Below the pieces are notes generated by a model. It saw only the letters and a program-made list of their open reading frames with translations. It had not been told where the DNA came from and did no database searches. A program made the position numbers and the translations under genes. DNA of 64,000 nucleotides, from the sequence record PV654397.1. One strand, given 5' to 3'. Shown here one piece after another: positions 28,438 through 38,915 of this stretch; the first letter of the stretch is position 1; the number at the start of each line of letters is the position of its first letter.

Positions 28438-28985
28438 TTGTCGTACCCATATAAAATATGATCTAAAGTGCATTGAACTTCTTCATGGAAGAACAGTGGG
28501 TAAATTTGTATCAATTTTTCTTTAAGTTCAAGTGAATGGCATAATTCTAATGCTTTGATACAATCTTCATATTGAACTAAGCTATGTATTGTACTTAACT
28601 GGAAATGTTGTTCTTCAGAGTAAGCTAAATCATATACCAAATTATCATCTAAAAGGTTTGATTTCTTTGAAGGATCAAGTACTGTGTTGCTATGACCTAC
28701 CCAGAAAAATGCATTGGTGTTCATATTATTACAACCCCAACCTGCCCCCATTTTCTGGTGAATAGCAAAGACACAACTATCATAGAGATTAATACCAAGA
28801 CGCTCTTCGTTGACATAAATCGTAACACCATCGATTGTCATGGTTATTTGGAAACGCATTGAACCTTCACTTCGTGAACGTGCACAGAAGCCAAGATAAC
28901 GGTTGATAATTGTATTGATTTTATCTGCCCATCCTTCCACATCTTTGGATGCACATAATTTAAAAAGATCATGACTTTGATTCAT
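28434..28985 (-). CDS. family A paralog
   Basis: SEEQHFQLSTIH. Confidence 0.8.
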   Translation of the reverse strand: MNQSHDLFKLCASKDVEGWADKINTIINRYLGFCARSRSEGSMRFQITMTIDGVTIYVNEERLGINLYDSCVFAIHQKMGAGWGCNNMNTNAFFWVGHSNTVLDPSKKSNLLDDNLVYDLAYSEEQHFQLSTIHSLVQYEDCIKALELCHSLELKEKLIQIYPLFFHEEVQCTLDHILYGYDK

Positions 28986-28996
28986 GTAGTTCTCCG

Positions 28997-29578
28997 TTAA
29001 TCAAGCATAAGTGGCATCATCGCCCATATCTTTTTCATAATCATATCTTCAGTAAAAACAAACGTTTTAGGTGCAGTATATGATATTGACAACCCAAATG
29101 GAAGTACGATTGCATCATCAATTATATTATGAATATCAAACCATGTTTTTACACAATCATATGGTGGAAGTTCATGTATTGTACTTAACTGAAAGTATTG
29201 TTCTTCACCAAATGTACTGCAATCAATATCACAAATTTTAGTGAATTGTTGATTCCATTTAGATATAATACTGTTTTTATTATTGAACATATTAGTTCTA
29301 TGCATGAAACCATTTCTGCTAATATGATTTGATATTGCGTTTTCTTCAATATCATTGCTTATTTTAAAATTCATGTCAAAGTTGTAGTGCGAACTCGACG
29401 ATTCTTTGAATTTTAAATGAAAATAACGATTGTTATTAATTTCCATTTCAATACAAAACACATCTGAATCAAAACGATTAAACTTGTAATCGTTGTCTTC
29501 AGGTAGAGTCTGTAATTTTTTCATAACACCAAGCATAGGGTGCACTAAGCTTCTAATAAAATCATTAGTTATTTTCAT
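28997..29578 (-). CDS. family A paralog
   Basis: GEEQYFQLSTIH. Confidence 0.8.
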   Translation of the reverse strand: MKITNDFIRSLVHPMLGVMKKLQTLPEDNDYKFNRFDSDVFCIEMEINNNRYFHLKFKESSSSHYNFDMNFKISNDIEENAISNHISRNGFMHRTNMFNNKNSIISKWNQQFTKICDIDCSTFGEEQYFQLSTIHELPPYDCVKTWFDIHNIIDDAIVLPFGLSISYTAPKTFVFTEDMIMKKIWAMMPLMLD

Positions 29579-30071
29579 AGTATTCCTTTAGAACTTTAAA
29601 TGATTCAACAATACTATCTTGTGTGTAATTAGAACTATATACAATTGCATTTGATTTGATTGACCACAGATATGACATAAAGGTTATAACACTACTACAT
29701 GAACTTAATGTATTGTTTTGGAATTCATTTTCTTCAATGTTATCAGTACTGGTATTGATGAATTGGATAGTATCTTGTTTCTGATTAGACATTGAAACTA
29801 AAGTACAATCAGTATAAGGAGTGTACAAAAACGTCTCATTACTAATTGAACTATCATTAGTATATGATGGTTTGGTAATATAAATCAAACGCATGATATC
29901 ACGCTCAATACCCGATTTACGACTTTCCACTAAAGAAATCATATCTATATTTTTCATATGATCAACATTGACATGGAACTTTTTGTTTAGAATTACATCT
30001 TTTGGGGAATTTTTATATGAAGATAAGATCTCATACATCTCAACTAATTCTCGTGCATTTAATAAACTCAT
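29565..30071 (-). CDS. family A paralog
   Basis: IEENEFQNNTL. Confidence 0.75.
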   Translation of the reverse strand: MSLLNARELVEMYEILSSYKNSPKDVILNKKFHVNVDHMKNIDMISLVESRKSGIERDIMRLIYITKPSYTNDSSISNETFLYTPYTDCTLVSMSNQKQDTIQFINTSTDNIEENEFQNNTLSSCSSVITFMSYLWSIKSNAIVYSSNYTQDSIVESFKVLKEYYENN

Positions 30072-30496
30072 GTTTTGTCTCTTAATGAAAGAATATCCTT
30101 AGTATAAACTGATATAGAAATGTGATTGTATTTCATCATTAATTTATACACATAAGAAGCTAGTACTAAATCGTAAATTAATTTAGTATCATACAGTACT
30201 CCGTATTGTAAAGCAAGTGAATCAATATCATCTTTACTTTCAATATCCAGAAATGTGCCGAAATATGTAGTACCGTGGAGATGAAAATTGGAATTAATGC
30301 AATCAATGCATTCATTGTCCAACAGAGTAGATGATGATGCCCTCGGTGAATCCCAAATAGTCACTGCGTGTATGCCCTCAACGAACAAATCTATCCATAT
30401 TTTGTGTCGTTGTCTTTTTTTTGTTTTATAATTTTCTGGATTTGAAAGTGTAGTTTCAATTATATCCCATATGTATAAGCATTCATCTCTTGTCAT
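30068..30496 (-). CDS. family A paralog (degenerate motif)
   Basis: DIDSLALQYGVLYD. Confidence 0.65.
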   Translation of the reverse strand: MTRDECLYIWDIIETTLSNPENYKTKKRQRHKIWIDLFVEGIHAVTIWDSPRASSSTLLDNECIDCINSNFHLHGTTYFGTFLDIESKDDIDSLALQYGVLYDTKLIYDLVLASYVYKLMMKYNHISISVYTKDILSLRDKT

Positions 30497-31074
30497 TATA
30501 GCACCTTGTCCATTGCTGCATTTAATGCTTTTAAACGATCAACATTCAAAGTATTGAAGATGTACGTTCCTAAAATGTGGAAATCGAACTGGTTCTTTTT
30601 GTATGTGTGATAAATTAAACTACAAAAAACAACAGTACTAAGAACCTCTTCCGGTATAACGGTGCTCATCTGAAACAGTTCTTCATCAACTGTACTTGAT
30701 TCTGGATTGATAGCTTTTAACTCATACTCTTTATCACCGAATAGTACTTTAATATTATATAAAACACCAACAGTACTAATATGAAATGGATGGTGTGAAA
30801 AACTTCCATCATCATTAATTTGGATATCGGATCTAATCTCGCACTCTTCATTACTTTTACTATTATTTTTTACAATACAAATATTCCTGGCACCAGAAAT
30901 AGTAAGAATACCGTGATCGTAATATTCTTTGGACATACATTTAGATGAAAATGACACATCACGAATGAGGTAATGTTTGTTAATTTCTTTTGCACTACCA
31001 ACAATGTGTAGCATCTTTGTACTGATATCATATAGCTGTTGGTGGCGGTCTGTCATATAACTATAAGCGTTCAT
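30496..31074 (-). CDS. family A paralog
   Basis: VDEELFQMSTVI. Confidence 0.8.
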   Translation of the reverse strand: MNAYSYMTDRHQQLYDISTKMLHIVGSAKEINKHYLIRDVSFSSKCMSKEYYDHGILTISGARNICIVKNNSKSNEECEIRSDIQINDDGSFSHHPFHISTVGVLYNIKVLFGDKEYELKAINPESSTVDEELFQMSTVIPEEVLSTVVFCSLIYHTYKKNQFDFHILGTYIFNTLNVDRLKALNAAMDKVL

Positions 31075-31645
31075 ATGTATCCTTGATGTTTTTGATTGCC
31101 GTGTGTAGCTCTTTTAATGTATCGGATTCACAGTTAATGAACTTACTATACATTACCAATTCGCCAGTGTCAATAGCTTTTGCAGTTTCATAGCAAAGCA
31201 TCATGTACTCAAATTCCTTGAAGTTGTCAAGTACTGATCTCTGGAAAATGTATGCTTCACGAATGTCTTCACTTTGATCTAGTTCTGGTGGAATTTCCAA
31301 ATATGTATCATTCTCTACGTCATCAAAATTAGATTCAACAATTCGATTAATATCTTCGTGTAAAGCATTGACAAATATCATGTTTGGAGTAATGGAACCG
31401 ATTTGCTCACTATGCCTTGATGTGCGGATATACATTGCCATAGTATCCCATGAACCTTTTTTCGTCGTTCCATAATCGTAAACTTTATAAGACTCCAGTA
31501 CTACTGAACCAAAACGATATGGTGATTTGCATTCAACTTTAAGACGATAATTTCCAATAGGCTCATGTTCAGTAATGTTGTGCTTTTCAGATAGTTCTGC
31601 AATGTCATGCATCAATTTCATAATTTGAATGTGTTCAGCTTGCAT
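31061..31645 (-). CDS. family A paralog
   Basis: REAYIFQRSVL. Confidence 0.8.
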   Translation of the reverse strand: MQAEHIQIMKLMHDIAELSEKHNITEHEPIGNYRLKVECKSPYRFGSVVLESYKVYDYGTTKKGSWDTMAMYIRTSRHSEQIGSITPNMIFVNALHEDINRIVESNFDDVENDTYLEIPPELDQSEDIREAYIFQRSVLDNFKEFEYMMLCYETAKAIDTGELVMYSKFINCESDTLKELHTAIKNIKDTYERL

Positions 31646-32208
31646 TATAAGTCCTCTAATTTAACAGGTACATGTTCATTGATGAACGTCTTAAGAGCCA
31701 GTACTAGATCTTCTAATTCTTCTGTACTGAATTTTAATATAGTTTTAAAGATTATCAATTCATTTCTTTCTATAATCTTTGGAATTTCATATGCTAACAT
31801 AAGATTGCGAACAGTACCAGCGTTGTGTATGAGGTTCGCATTGAATAAAAGTACATCGTACTCGTCTTTTTTAATTTTATAATTGTACTCTTCAATTACT
31901 TCATGTGTGTATGTATTCTTATAGGCAATTTTATTTTTATGAAATTTATAACCAACAGTAACACTATCATCATAAAATGTAGAACGATAATCTTGTTTTC
32001 TATCGCCGGACGAAATGATGTGTAATGCTGTGTATTTGTCCTCAACATCTAACTCAATGTTTGCATAACTGTTAACGGTTTCATTCTTTAGGACGTTAAT
32101 GTTATATTTCTCATTAACTTTAATGTACTGGCGTGCACCATTATCATCAATGAACTTAAAACAATGCTTTACCAACAATGTGATTTCTTTAATTAATTCA
32201 GTACTCAT
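31645..32208 (-). CDS. family A paralog (degenerate motif)
   Basis: EYDVLLFNANLIH. Confidence 0.65.
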   Translation of the reverse strand: MSTELIKEITLLVKHCFKFIDDNGARQYIKVNEKYNINVLKNETVNSYANIELDVEDKYTALHIISSGDRKQDYRSTFYDDSVTVGYKFHKNKIAYKNTYTHEVIEEYNYKIKKDEYDVLLFNANLIHNAGTVRNLMLAYEIPKIIERNELIIFKTILKFSTEELEDLVLALKTFINEHVPVKLEDL

Positions 32209-32235
32209 ATCTTCTCCTGTACTCTGTTAAAAGCG

Positions 32236-32264
32236 ATTATAACACACCTGAATGCTCATGTAAA
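32236..32264 (-). promoter_or_regulatory. sigma70 promoter
   Basis: TTTACA-N17-TATAAT. Confidence 0.8.
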
Positions 32265-32275
32265 GCACTAAACAC

Positions 32276-32296
32276 AAAAAGACCCATGAGGGTCTT
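32276..32296 (-). terminator. intrinsic terminator
   Basis: AAGACCC-tcat-GGGTCTT then T-run. Confidence 0.75.
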
Positions 32297-32814
32297 TATT
32301 TTGGTAAAACGCTGTCAATGTACGCTAGAGCCTCATCTCGGAGGTACGTTCCATCTATTGTTATGTAATAGTTCTTAGGGATATCACTACCAATCTTCTC
32401 GTAAATTTTCATACATGATATCACATCTTCATCACAAATGGTACTCAATTGAAACTGTACTTCATCAGTTAAAGGTACGATATCATGTTTAGATGGGGGG
32501 TTGGTATTTTCATTCAAAACAATATCAAACAAATTAGGAGTATTCTTTGACGAAATGTAACGATGTTTACTACGAATTACCATTCTCGACAGAGAAATAC
32601 TGGAACTCCATCTTGGGTCCACATCTTCGTATGTTAACGCAATTAACATTTCATAATAATCTTGGAATTTCATTGATGCATAATATGTTTTGTCCTCACC
32701 GTACATTCCAAATGATTTGAATTCAATGTCACCTACATTGTGTGTATCGCTATCACTATTCACGAATTTTAACAGACTGTTGATTAGTCTGATTAGAATA
32801 TCATCTTTATTCAT
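32296..32814 (-). CDS. family A paralog
   Basis: LTDEVQFQLSTI. Confidence 0.8.
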   Translation of the reverse strand: MNKDDILIRLINSLLKFVNSDSDTHNVGDIEFKSFGMYGEDKTYYASMKFQDYYEMLIALTYEDVDPRWSSSISLSRMVIRSKHRYISSKNTPNLFDIVLNENTNPPSKHDIVPLTDEVQFQLSTICDEDVISCMKIYEKIGSDIPKNYYITIDGTYLRDEALAYIDSVLPK

Positions 32815-33373
32815 TATCAGATAACTCCCTGTGCATGTTGTATAAATCTCTAAAGTCCTGATAGAAATCTTTTTCTTCAAGAATATCTTTTAAACTAGGA
32901 ATCTCATCCATAATCTCATCGATATCAGTTTCAATAGTAAAACCTGATTTATAATTTTGTAAGAGATAACTAAAAGCAACAAGATAAAGAATTTCATTTG
33001 GTTTATGAATTAACATGTGTTGGAACATAACTGATTCTAAATCAGATTCAGTACTAAGGTCAGCATAACATGTATCGTTGGTGTCAATTCGTACTGTACT
33101 TGAATTTGGATTCCATGTAAAGCAATGTGTTCCAACTGTTCCCAAACATCCTACTCTTGTACTATCATTTGTTCCCAAAAAGATATAAAAATACGTTTCA
33201 TCTGTATAATCGTATTTTTGTACTTTACCTTTTTTAAGGCATAAATCATTATCCTTTCGAAAAGTTTTAGATGATAGTGTATCAATGATGCACATTAATG
33301 TTTTTGCAAATGCAATACAATGACGTAATTCAAGTCTATGGAAATTATAATTAGTAAAATTCATAAAATTCAT
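32807..33373 (-). CDS. family A paralog
   Basis: LESVMFQHMLIH. Confidence 0.8.
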   Translation of the reverse strand: MNFMNFTNYNFHRLELRHCIAFAKTLMCIIDTLSSKTFRKDNDLCLKKGKVQKYDYTDETYFYIFLGTNDSTRVGCLGTVGTHCFTWNPNSSTVRIDTNDTCYADLSTESDLESVMFQHMLIHKPNEILYLVAFSYLLQNYKSGFTIETDIDEIMDEIPSLKDILEEKDFYQDFRDLYNMHRELSDNE

Positions 33374-33915
33374 AATTGTACCTTCAATATTTTATCAGCA
33401 ATTGATATAACCTTATCACTGAATACATTACCAATCTCAATTCTTATATACATCGCAGGTGGAATCTTTCCCTGAAGTGCATAATATGTTTGTATACCTA
33501 AGTACTCATTATTTGATAATGAAAATTTGATTCTCTCCATATCTATGTCTGATTTTGGTAAATCTAAGAATTCATGATGGTAGTCAACATTTTCAGTGTA
33601 TATCTGTTCGACGTAATTTGAATAGTCACTACTAATGTAGATGCTATCATCACGAACAATTACTTTATAATCAGAAGGTTCAAACTTATCTTTAGGAGAA
33701 AAGAAGACATCATCTATCTTCTCTTCTCGGACACCGAATAACAATTTACCATCGTACTTTACATCAAGCATACTACCTAGAATAGTAATTACACAATGAT
33801 CATCAATATTATGACGTAAAGAACGAGTCTTGTATTTTGGGTTAATGAAAATTTTCATTAATTTTATACAAATGTCGGCAATGCATTTTACATTATCATT
33901 TTCTATGTACATCAA
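33370..33915 (-). CDS. probable family A paralog (degenerate motif)
   Basis: DIDMERIKFSLS at the equivalent position. Confidence 0.6.
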   Translation of the reverse strand: MMYIENDNVKCIADICIKLMKIFINPKYKTRSLRHNIDDHCVITILGSMLDVKYDGKLLFGVREEKIDDVFFSPKDKFEPSDYKVIVRDDSIYISSDYSNYVEQIYTENVDYHHEFLDLPKSDIDMERIKFSLSNNEYLGIQTYYALQGKIPPAMYIRIEIGNVFSDKVISIADKILKVQL

Positions 33916-34378
33916 AAACCCTCTTTAATTCTTTTACATTTTTAATGAATACTTTCATTGCAGAGATCTCAAAAGATAATGATTTAAAATTGCAGTACTT
34001 TTTAAAGTACGACATAATGAATAGCATCTTGAGTTCTTTTTCTGTGTAAATTAAACTATTTTGAAAGTAACTTTCTTCTGATAAATCATCAAGAAACGGA
34101 TATAAAACTCCATTTGGAGTCAAGAACATGACACGTTCACTCCAAGATCTAAATGAAATGTAATCAGTCTTACCACATTCATATAAGGAGTTTATCATGC
34201 CATCAATCATTAAGGAGAACTCAATACTGTATCCTAATCGTTGACATTTGTATCTCTTATCTTCTTTCTTTGTAATTACGAAGTGGCGACCCAATGAGTC
34301 TTTGTTATCGAAAATGAAATCAACTGTCTCTAAACACTCCTTAGCGAACTTCATAGTTTCTCTGTACTTTCGGTTCAT
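33896..34378 (-). CDS. family A paralog
   Basis: LSEESYFQNSLIY. Confidence 0.8.
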   Translation of the reverse strand: MNRKYRETMKFAKECLETVDFIFDNKDSLGRHFVITKKEDKRYKCQRLGYSIEFSLMIDGMINSLYECGKTDYISFRSWSERVMFLTPNGVLYPFLDDLSEESYFQNSLIYTEKELKMLFIMSYFKKYCNFKSLSFEISAMKVFIKNVKELKRVFDVHRK

Positions 34379-34791
34379 TAGTCTCTCCAAACTTTACCAG
34401 GGAAGTGTTTCTCGTAGAACTCATTATCACTTAACATATAATCAGGTGTTTCTACTTCTATGGGTTTGTAGAATGTTTCTGGAATGTGTGTGATTTTATT
34501 TGGTTGTACTTTATGTTCGCGTAAAACCTTCTGTATAGCTCCTAGACGTTGTAAATCAATACAGCCCGGTAGAACTAAGCTGTACTGAAATAGCTCATCA
34601 GGGGTCATTATAGATACATCTTTGGCTTGTTTGATTTTATTGTTGGCATTAATGAATATATCAAATCCAAGTACTGCATTATAGCTTACATATGTTGTTT
34701 TGTTTTTGTCAATAGCTGCACTTAAACTATATCCATATATTCCATGTTGGTCAACAATGCATCGTTGCATAATTTTAATCATTTCGAACAT
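34378..34791 (-). CDS. family A paralog
   Basis: TPDELFQYSLV. Confidence 0.8.
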   Translation of the reverse strand: MFEMIKIMQRCIVDQHGIYGYSLSAAIDKNKTTYVSYNAVLGFDIFINANNKIKQAKDVSIMTPDELFQYSLVLPGCIDLQRLGAIQKVLREHKVQPNKITHIPETFYKPIEVETPDYMLSDNEFYEKHFPGKVWRD

Positions 34792-35137
34792 AATTTACCT
34801 CGTATGTGTTATAATTCCACGTTTTAACACTATCCATTTGTATATCCTGAACTTCATGGAAATATTTAAGTACCTTCTGGTATTCCATTAGTTCGTACAC
34901 ATCGTCAGTATTGACAGTGCTCTCCTGAAACAATTCCTCTTCTGATAAAGTACTATAATCAGGGATTTTTATTTCAGAATATATCTCATTCATATATGAA
35001 TCATTTTGGTAAATCTGTAGATAAAACTGATTATATTCAGGGATATAGGTTACGAAATGGTTCTTGATGAATTCATATCTTGAAGCAAAGCAATCATTGC
35101 CATCCGTCATGTACTGAATTGTTGTTGTATTATGCAT
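34775..35137 (-). CDS. family A paralog
   Basis: LSEEELFQESTV. Confidence 0.8.
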   Translation of the reverse strand: MHNTTTIQYMTDGNDCFASRYEFIKNHFVTYIPEYNQFYLQIYQNDSYMNEIYSEIKIPDYSTLSEEELFQESTVNTDDVYELMEYQKVLKYFHEVQDIQMDSVKTWNYNTYEVNYVRND

Positions 35138-35612
35138 TCAAATAATCCACGCATTTATGGTATACATCTAAATCTAAAAAGAATCGTTGTTTGTATTTGT
35201 AATGATGAAGTAGTGCACCATAAAGTAATATAGCATTAAGTACTTTTGCATCATGAATACAAGACCCTTGGAAGTACATTTCTTCTGTCATGAAAACTAA
35301 CTCATTGTACGGGATAAGCACTGAATCTCTAAATGTATCAATGTTAATCTTCAAATCGGACCCTTGGCAATATGAAATATATTCACCTCGGTAATGAAAG
35401 TCATTATCGTCAAAGTACTCAGCATATACTTGATTGTTCCTATTATTTTTAAAGGCAAGTCTTCCTTTGGTTGAACTGAATTGGTCATATTGGAACATTC
35501 CACCAAAAGGCATTCCACCGAAAGGTTGGGGACTTCTGAACTCCTTTGCAATGCGATGAATGTTAGATGCAAATTCTAAAACACCATCGTAATCATATTC
35601 TGTTGTAATCAT
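35130..35612 (-). CDS. family A paralog
   Basis: TEEMYFQGSCIH. Confidence 0.8.
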   Translation of the reverse strand: MITTEYDYDGVLEFASNIHRIAKEFRSPQPFGGMPFGGMFQYDQFSSTKGRLAFKNNRNNQVYAEYFDDNDFHYRGEYISYCQGSDLKINIDTFRDSVLIPYNELVFMTEEMYFQGSCIHDAKVLNAILLYGALLHHYKYKQRFFLDLDVYHKCVDYLNA

Positions 35613-36088
35613 AGACCATTTTTCTCCATGTACTCAATGATTTCATCTACGAAGTTTAAATCCATATAGAATCTATCATTTGCGTCATTGAGTTCATCTT
35701 TAAGTACTGTAAAAATTGTAGAACTAAACACGATTCTCTCATTGTACAAAGTACTGTACTGGAAGAATTCTTCTTCTGATCTAACATTAAATGTGTCATA
35801 TTCATCATCATCATTAGATCTAGGATGATAGTACTTAAAACTATCAGATGTATGGAAACAATATGAGATAAAATCCCCTGATGGTGCATCGTCAAGTACA
35901 CGAATACCACAGAAATTCTCATCTGTAGTATGCAACAAATTGCTATTCATTGACAAATAATTTTTGTACGCATAAAGTGTGCATCGTGGGAGAATTATAT
36001 TCTCTTTAACTGTTACAAAGAACTTATGAAGTTTAATGATATTTTGTGCGATTTTTTGTGCATTGCTAAATGATAGGTCTTTGGACAT
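35609..36088 (-). CDS. family A paralog
   Basis: SEEEFFQYSTLY. Confidence 0.8.
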   Translation of the reverse strand: MSKDLSFSNAQKIAQNIIKLHKFFVTVKENIILPRCTLYAYKNYLSMNSNLLHTTDENFCGIRVLDDAPSGDFISYCFHTSDSFKYYHPRSNDDDEYDTFNVRSEEEFFQYSTLYNERIVFSSTIFTVLKDELNDANDRFYMDLNFVDEIIEYMEKNGL

Positions 36089-36121
36089 TGTGATATAACC
36101 CTTTACAATTAATATAAAGAG

Positions 36122-36151
36122 ATTATATCACAAAGATTTGGAGGGTGTCAA
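36122..36151 (-). promoter_or_regulatory. sigma70 promoter
   Basis: TTGACA-N18-TATAAT with TGA extension. Confidence 0.75.
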
Positions 36152-36681
36152 GAGTTCTCACGAAGTTCTACCATTTCTTTCCATACTAAATGGTAATCTT
36201 CTAAGTCCAGATAGAAGTCTTCATTTAAGTGCTCATATAAGTACTTGTACATGAATAGTACACCTAAATTGTATTCAGTATTAAGTAATGATTGTTGGAA
36301 GTAGTTTTCTTCATTTAGTTCTATATCCATGAACTCAAATCTACCTAGACCTTTTAATGTACGTATCTCAACATGTGAAGTATCTGTTTTACTGAAGCAC
36401 ATGAATCCACCTCTAAATTCGGGATCATATTCACATTCATACTGTCCACTGTTATTATAGAAATCTCTCCCATTTACTTTATCTTTTGGCTTTAGAACTG
36501 ATACATGAATGTCGTCATCTTTGTACATTGAATGATTTATCTTTTTTAAACATTTTATCTTATTTTCTTTAATGTACTTGATAATATCAATTATATCTTG
36601 TGCAGTACTGATAGCTGCCTCAAACGTATCCAACTTAAGATGATTGTATAGAGTTCCCTCGTTCTTTATTTTATCTAACAT
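36148..36681 (-). CDS. family A paralog
   Basis: NEENYFQQSLL. Confidence 0.8.
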   Translation of the reverse strand: MLDKIKNEGTLYNHLKLDTFEAAISTAQDIIDIIKYIKENKIKCLKKINHSMYKDDDIHVSVLKPKDKVNGRDFYNNSGQYECEYDPEFRGGFMCFSKTDTSHVEIRTLKGLGRFEFMDIELNEENYFQQSLLNTEYNLGVLFMYKYLYEHLNEDFYLDLEDYHLVWKEMVELRENS

Positions 36682-36688
36682 ACTAACC

Positions 36689-37027
36689 TCATAGTTCATA
36701 CATCTTTGATTTGAATTGCATTGGTCCACCAACTTCACATGGATAATTTTCCATAATACGATTCAAAAGTATCTGGTACTGTTGTAGTACTTCAATTTCC
36801 AAATGTATACTACTATCCAGTACTAATGACTCCTGGAACAATTCACCTGTATCTAAACATGAAAAATCATTTATAGTTAGCATTGGCTTATCATTGGTAC
36901 GCAATGTAAATGATTCCTCATTTCGGATTAATGTACAGAATTCATTATGTTTTCTGTTATAATTCATTTTAACCAATAATAACTTAGTGTGAGTTGCGTA
37001 CATTATTTTTACTAATTCAGTCTTCAT
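36689..37027 (-). CDS. family A paralog (short form)
   Basis: DTGELFQESLVL. Confidence 0.8.
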   Translation of the reverse strand: MKTELVKIMYATHTKLLLVKMNYNRKHNEFCTLIRNEESFTLRTNDKPMLTINDFSCLDTGELFQESLVLDSSIHLEIEVLQQYQILLNRIMENYPCEVGGPMQFKSKMYEL

Positions 37028-37376
37028 AACGGAATAAAATTCTCCTGTACTGCTCCGGCTTAGTACTCAATCTCTTCACCGGATAATTGTCGAAGATCCT
37101 TTTCATTTCTTTCTGGATTAAACAAAGAAAATCAAAATCACAATAGTATTTTTTATCCCATACTAAACTTTCTTGAAACAACTCATCTTCTTGCATTAGC
37201 GTAGTATCAATTGTATCTTCACGTGTATTTGAGTACGCTTCATGACATTGAAAACCATCCTCGGATAATCCTAATGTATATGCCGCCATTTCAAACATAT
37301 CATCATTTGTCTTTAACGAAAGTAAACAACAAACGTATTTTTTCGTTGTGTAGTAAGTAATGCTAATGGTATTCAT
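37017..37376 (-). CDS. family A paralog (short form)
   Basis: QEDELFQESLVWD. Confidence 0.8.
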   Translation of the reverse strand: MNTISITYYTTKKYVCCLLSLKTNDDMFEMAAYTLGLSEDGFQCHEAYSNTREDTIDTTLMQEDELFQESLVWDKKYYCDFDFLCLIQKEMKRIFDNYPVKRLSTKPEQYRRILFRYED

Positions 37377-37381
37377 TGGAT

Positions 37382-37984
37382 TTAAACCTCAGTATAAAGC
37401 TTACAATAGCTTTCATCGAAATCAAAAATACTTCTCAAGAACTGACAAAGGTCAGTAAAAATATTTACATTTGCTATATACACATTATCAAATTCTGTTC
37501 TTTCGAAGAATGTATGCATAGAATTTGTAATATATCTCATTGCAGATTCACGCTGCATTGTTATATCATTTGTGAACATCGCATCTTCATCAGTACTGAC
37601 TAATTCAATATCAAATGATTGCATATATGGGATACTCTTCCCTAGTGCAAAGCTATCACCGTATGATGCTTCAACTGCACCTTTAGAATACACCAATTGA
37701 TATAAGTCCGAAATAGGGTTATAAAAAGTACGACATATTGATGAACATAATTTATTATCTATCCAAAAGAAAACCCTATTTGTATTACCGTCAAATGCTA
37801 TACGCAATCCATCACCATCTAACGATATATCACCATCGAGATTAAAAGAGAACTGAACTAATGCTTTTTCTAAGTCCATTCTTTTGTGATAAATGATTTC
37901 TTGCATATAGATAATATCATTTACTAATTTCTTAAAATACAAATGAACCTCAGTACTACAACATTTATTTGCATTTAATAACAT
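37382..37984 (-). CDS. family A paralog (degenerate motif)
   Basis: TDEDAMFTNDI. Confidence 0.65.
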   Translation of the reverse strand: MLLNANKCCSTEVHLYFKKLVNDIIYMQEIIYHKRMDLEKALVQFSFNLDGDISLDGDGLRIAFDGNTNRVFFWIDNKLCSSICRTFYNPISDLYQLVYSKGAVEASYGDSFALGKSIPYMQSFDIELVSTDEDAMFTNDITMQRESAMRYITNSMHTFFERTEFDNVYIANVNIFTDLCQFLRSIFDFDESYCKLYTEV

Positions 37985-38529
37985 AGTAGATCCTTATACA
38001 TTGCATGTATTCTTACAATGTCTCTGTAATAACTCATATCTTCACGATTATCATTAAAAACAGTAACACTGAACACAGCAGTACTAATTGAACTATCAAC
38101 AATGTACTCTTTTAATTTATTATAAAGATATATGCACTTAGTAGATGTATCATCCCACATAAGACTATTTTGAAAGATGTTTTCTTCTGTGTTAGGATAT
38201 AAGTACTGCTCAATCTTGTACCCCAATGAACTATCACAGTTTTTATATACAGAAATAGATGGGACATTCATATTGCACATAATACTAATAACATTATCAT
38301 TGTATGTAGAAATTAAACTGGTACTGGATGCTACACTTTCATCGTAATTCAGTACTGAAATTCTTGCATTATCTGTGCAGTACAGATGTTTCATTCCACC
38401 TCTCATAGCCATAGTAAGAAATTTATCAGTGAACCATATTCCTTTTGTTTTCAGTATAGTTTCATGCATAAGATAAGTTTCAATGAAGATTTTTACACGC
38501 TCAAATGCCAAGTCAAGTTCATTGTACAT
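37975..38529 (-). CDS. family A paralog
   Basis: TEENIFQNSLMWD. Confidence 0.8.
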   Translation of the reverse strand: MYNELDLAFERVKIFIETYLMHETILKTKGIWFTDKFLTMAMRGGMKHLYCTDNARISVLNYDESVASSTSLISTYNDNVISIMCNMNVPSISVYKNCDSSLGYKIEQYLYPNTEENIFQNSLMWDDTSTKCIYLYNKLKEYIVDSSISTAVFSVTVFNDNREDMSYYRDIVRIHAMYKDLLCY

Positions 38530-38746
38530 AACGGATATCCTTCTGTAAAGAATCAATATATTCTTTAACAACTTGTTCCTGATACTGTGTACCCAAATAC
38601 ATCAGTACTTTTAACTCTTTGAATTCAGTACTATATGAGTTGATTTGCATCATTCTTTTAGAGTATATACCGAATAGTTTGTTAATGTCATCTTGGTCTA
38701 TTATTTTCATAAATTCTCTTTTTGACCTTATTTTGTAAGTACTCAA
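38519..38746 (-). CDS. family B paralog
   Basis: YLGTQYQEQVV. Confidence 0.8.
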   Translation of the reverse strand: MSTYKIRSKREFMKIIDQDDINKLFGIYSKRMMQINSYSTEFKELKVLMYLGTQYQEQVVKEYIDSLQKDIRYVQ

Positions 38747-38915
38747 TATAACCCTTCATCGCAACATCCTGTTTGTTAGAGCCAACGAAGAACAAAAGCT
38801 TGTATTCATGATAATTCATATTGGGCTTAGTGTTGAACCATATATCCCACACTGCACTCACAGTTCTTGTATATTCAATTCTATTAAATGTCTTTGAATA
38901 CTTCATCGAAATCAA
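38688..38915 (-). CDS. family B paralog
   Basis: FVGSNKQDVAM. Confidence 0.75.
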   Translation of the reverse strand: MISMKYSKTFNRIEYTRTVSAVWDIWFNTKPNMNYHEYKLLFFVGSNKQDVAMKGYIEYLQNKVKKRIYENNRPR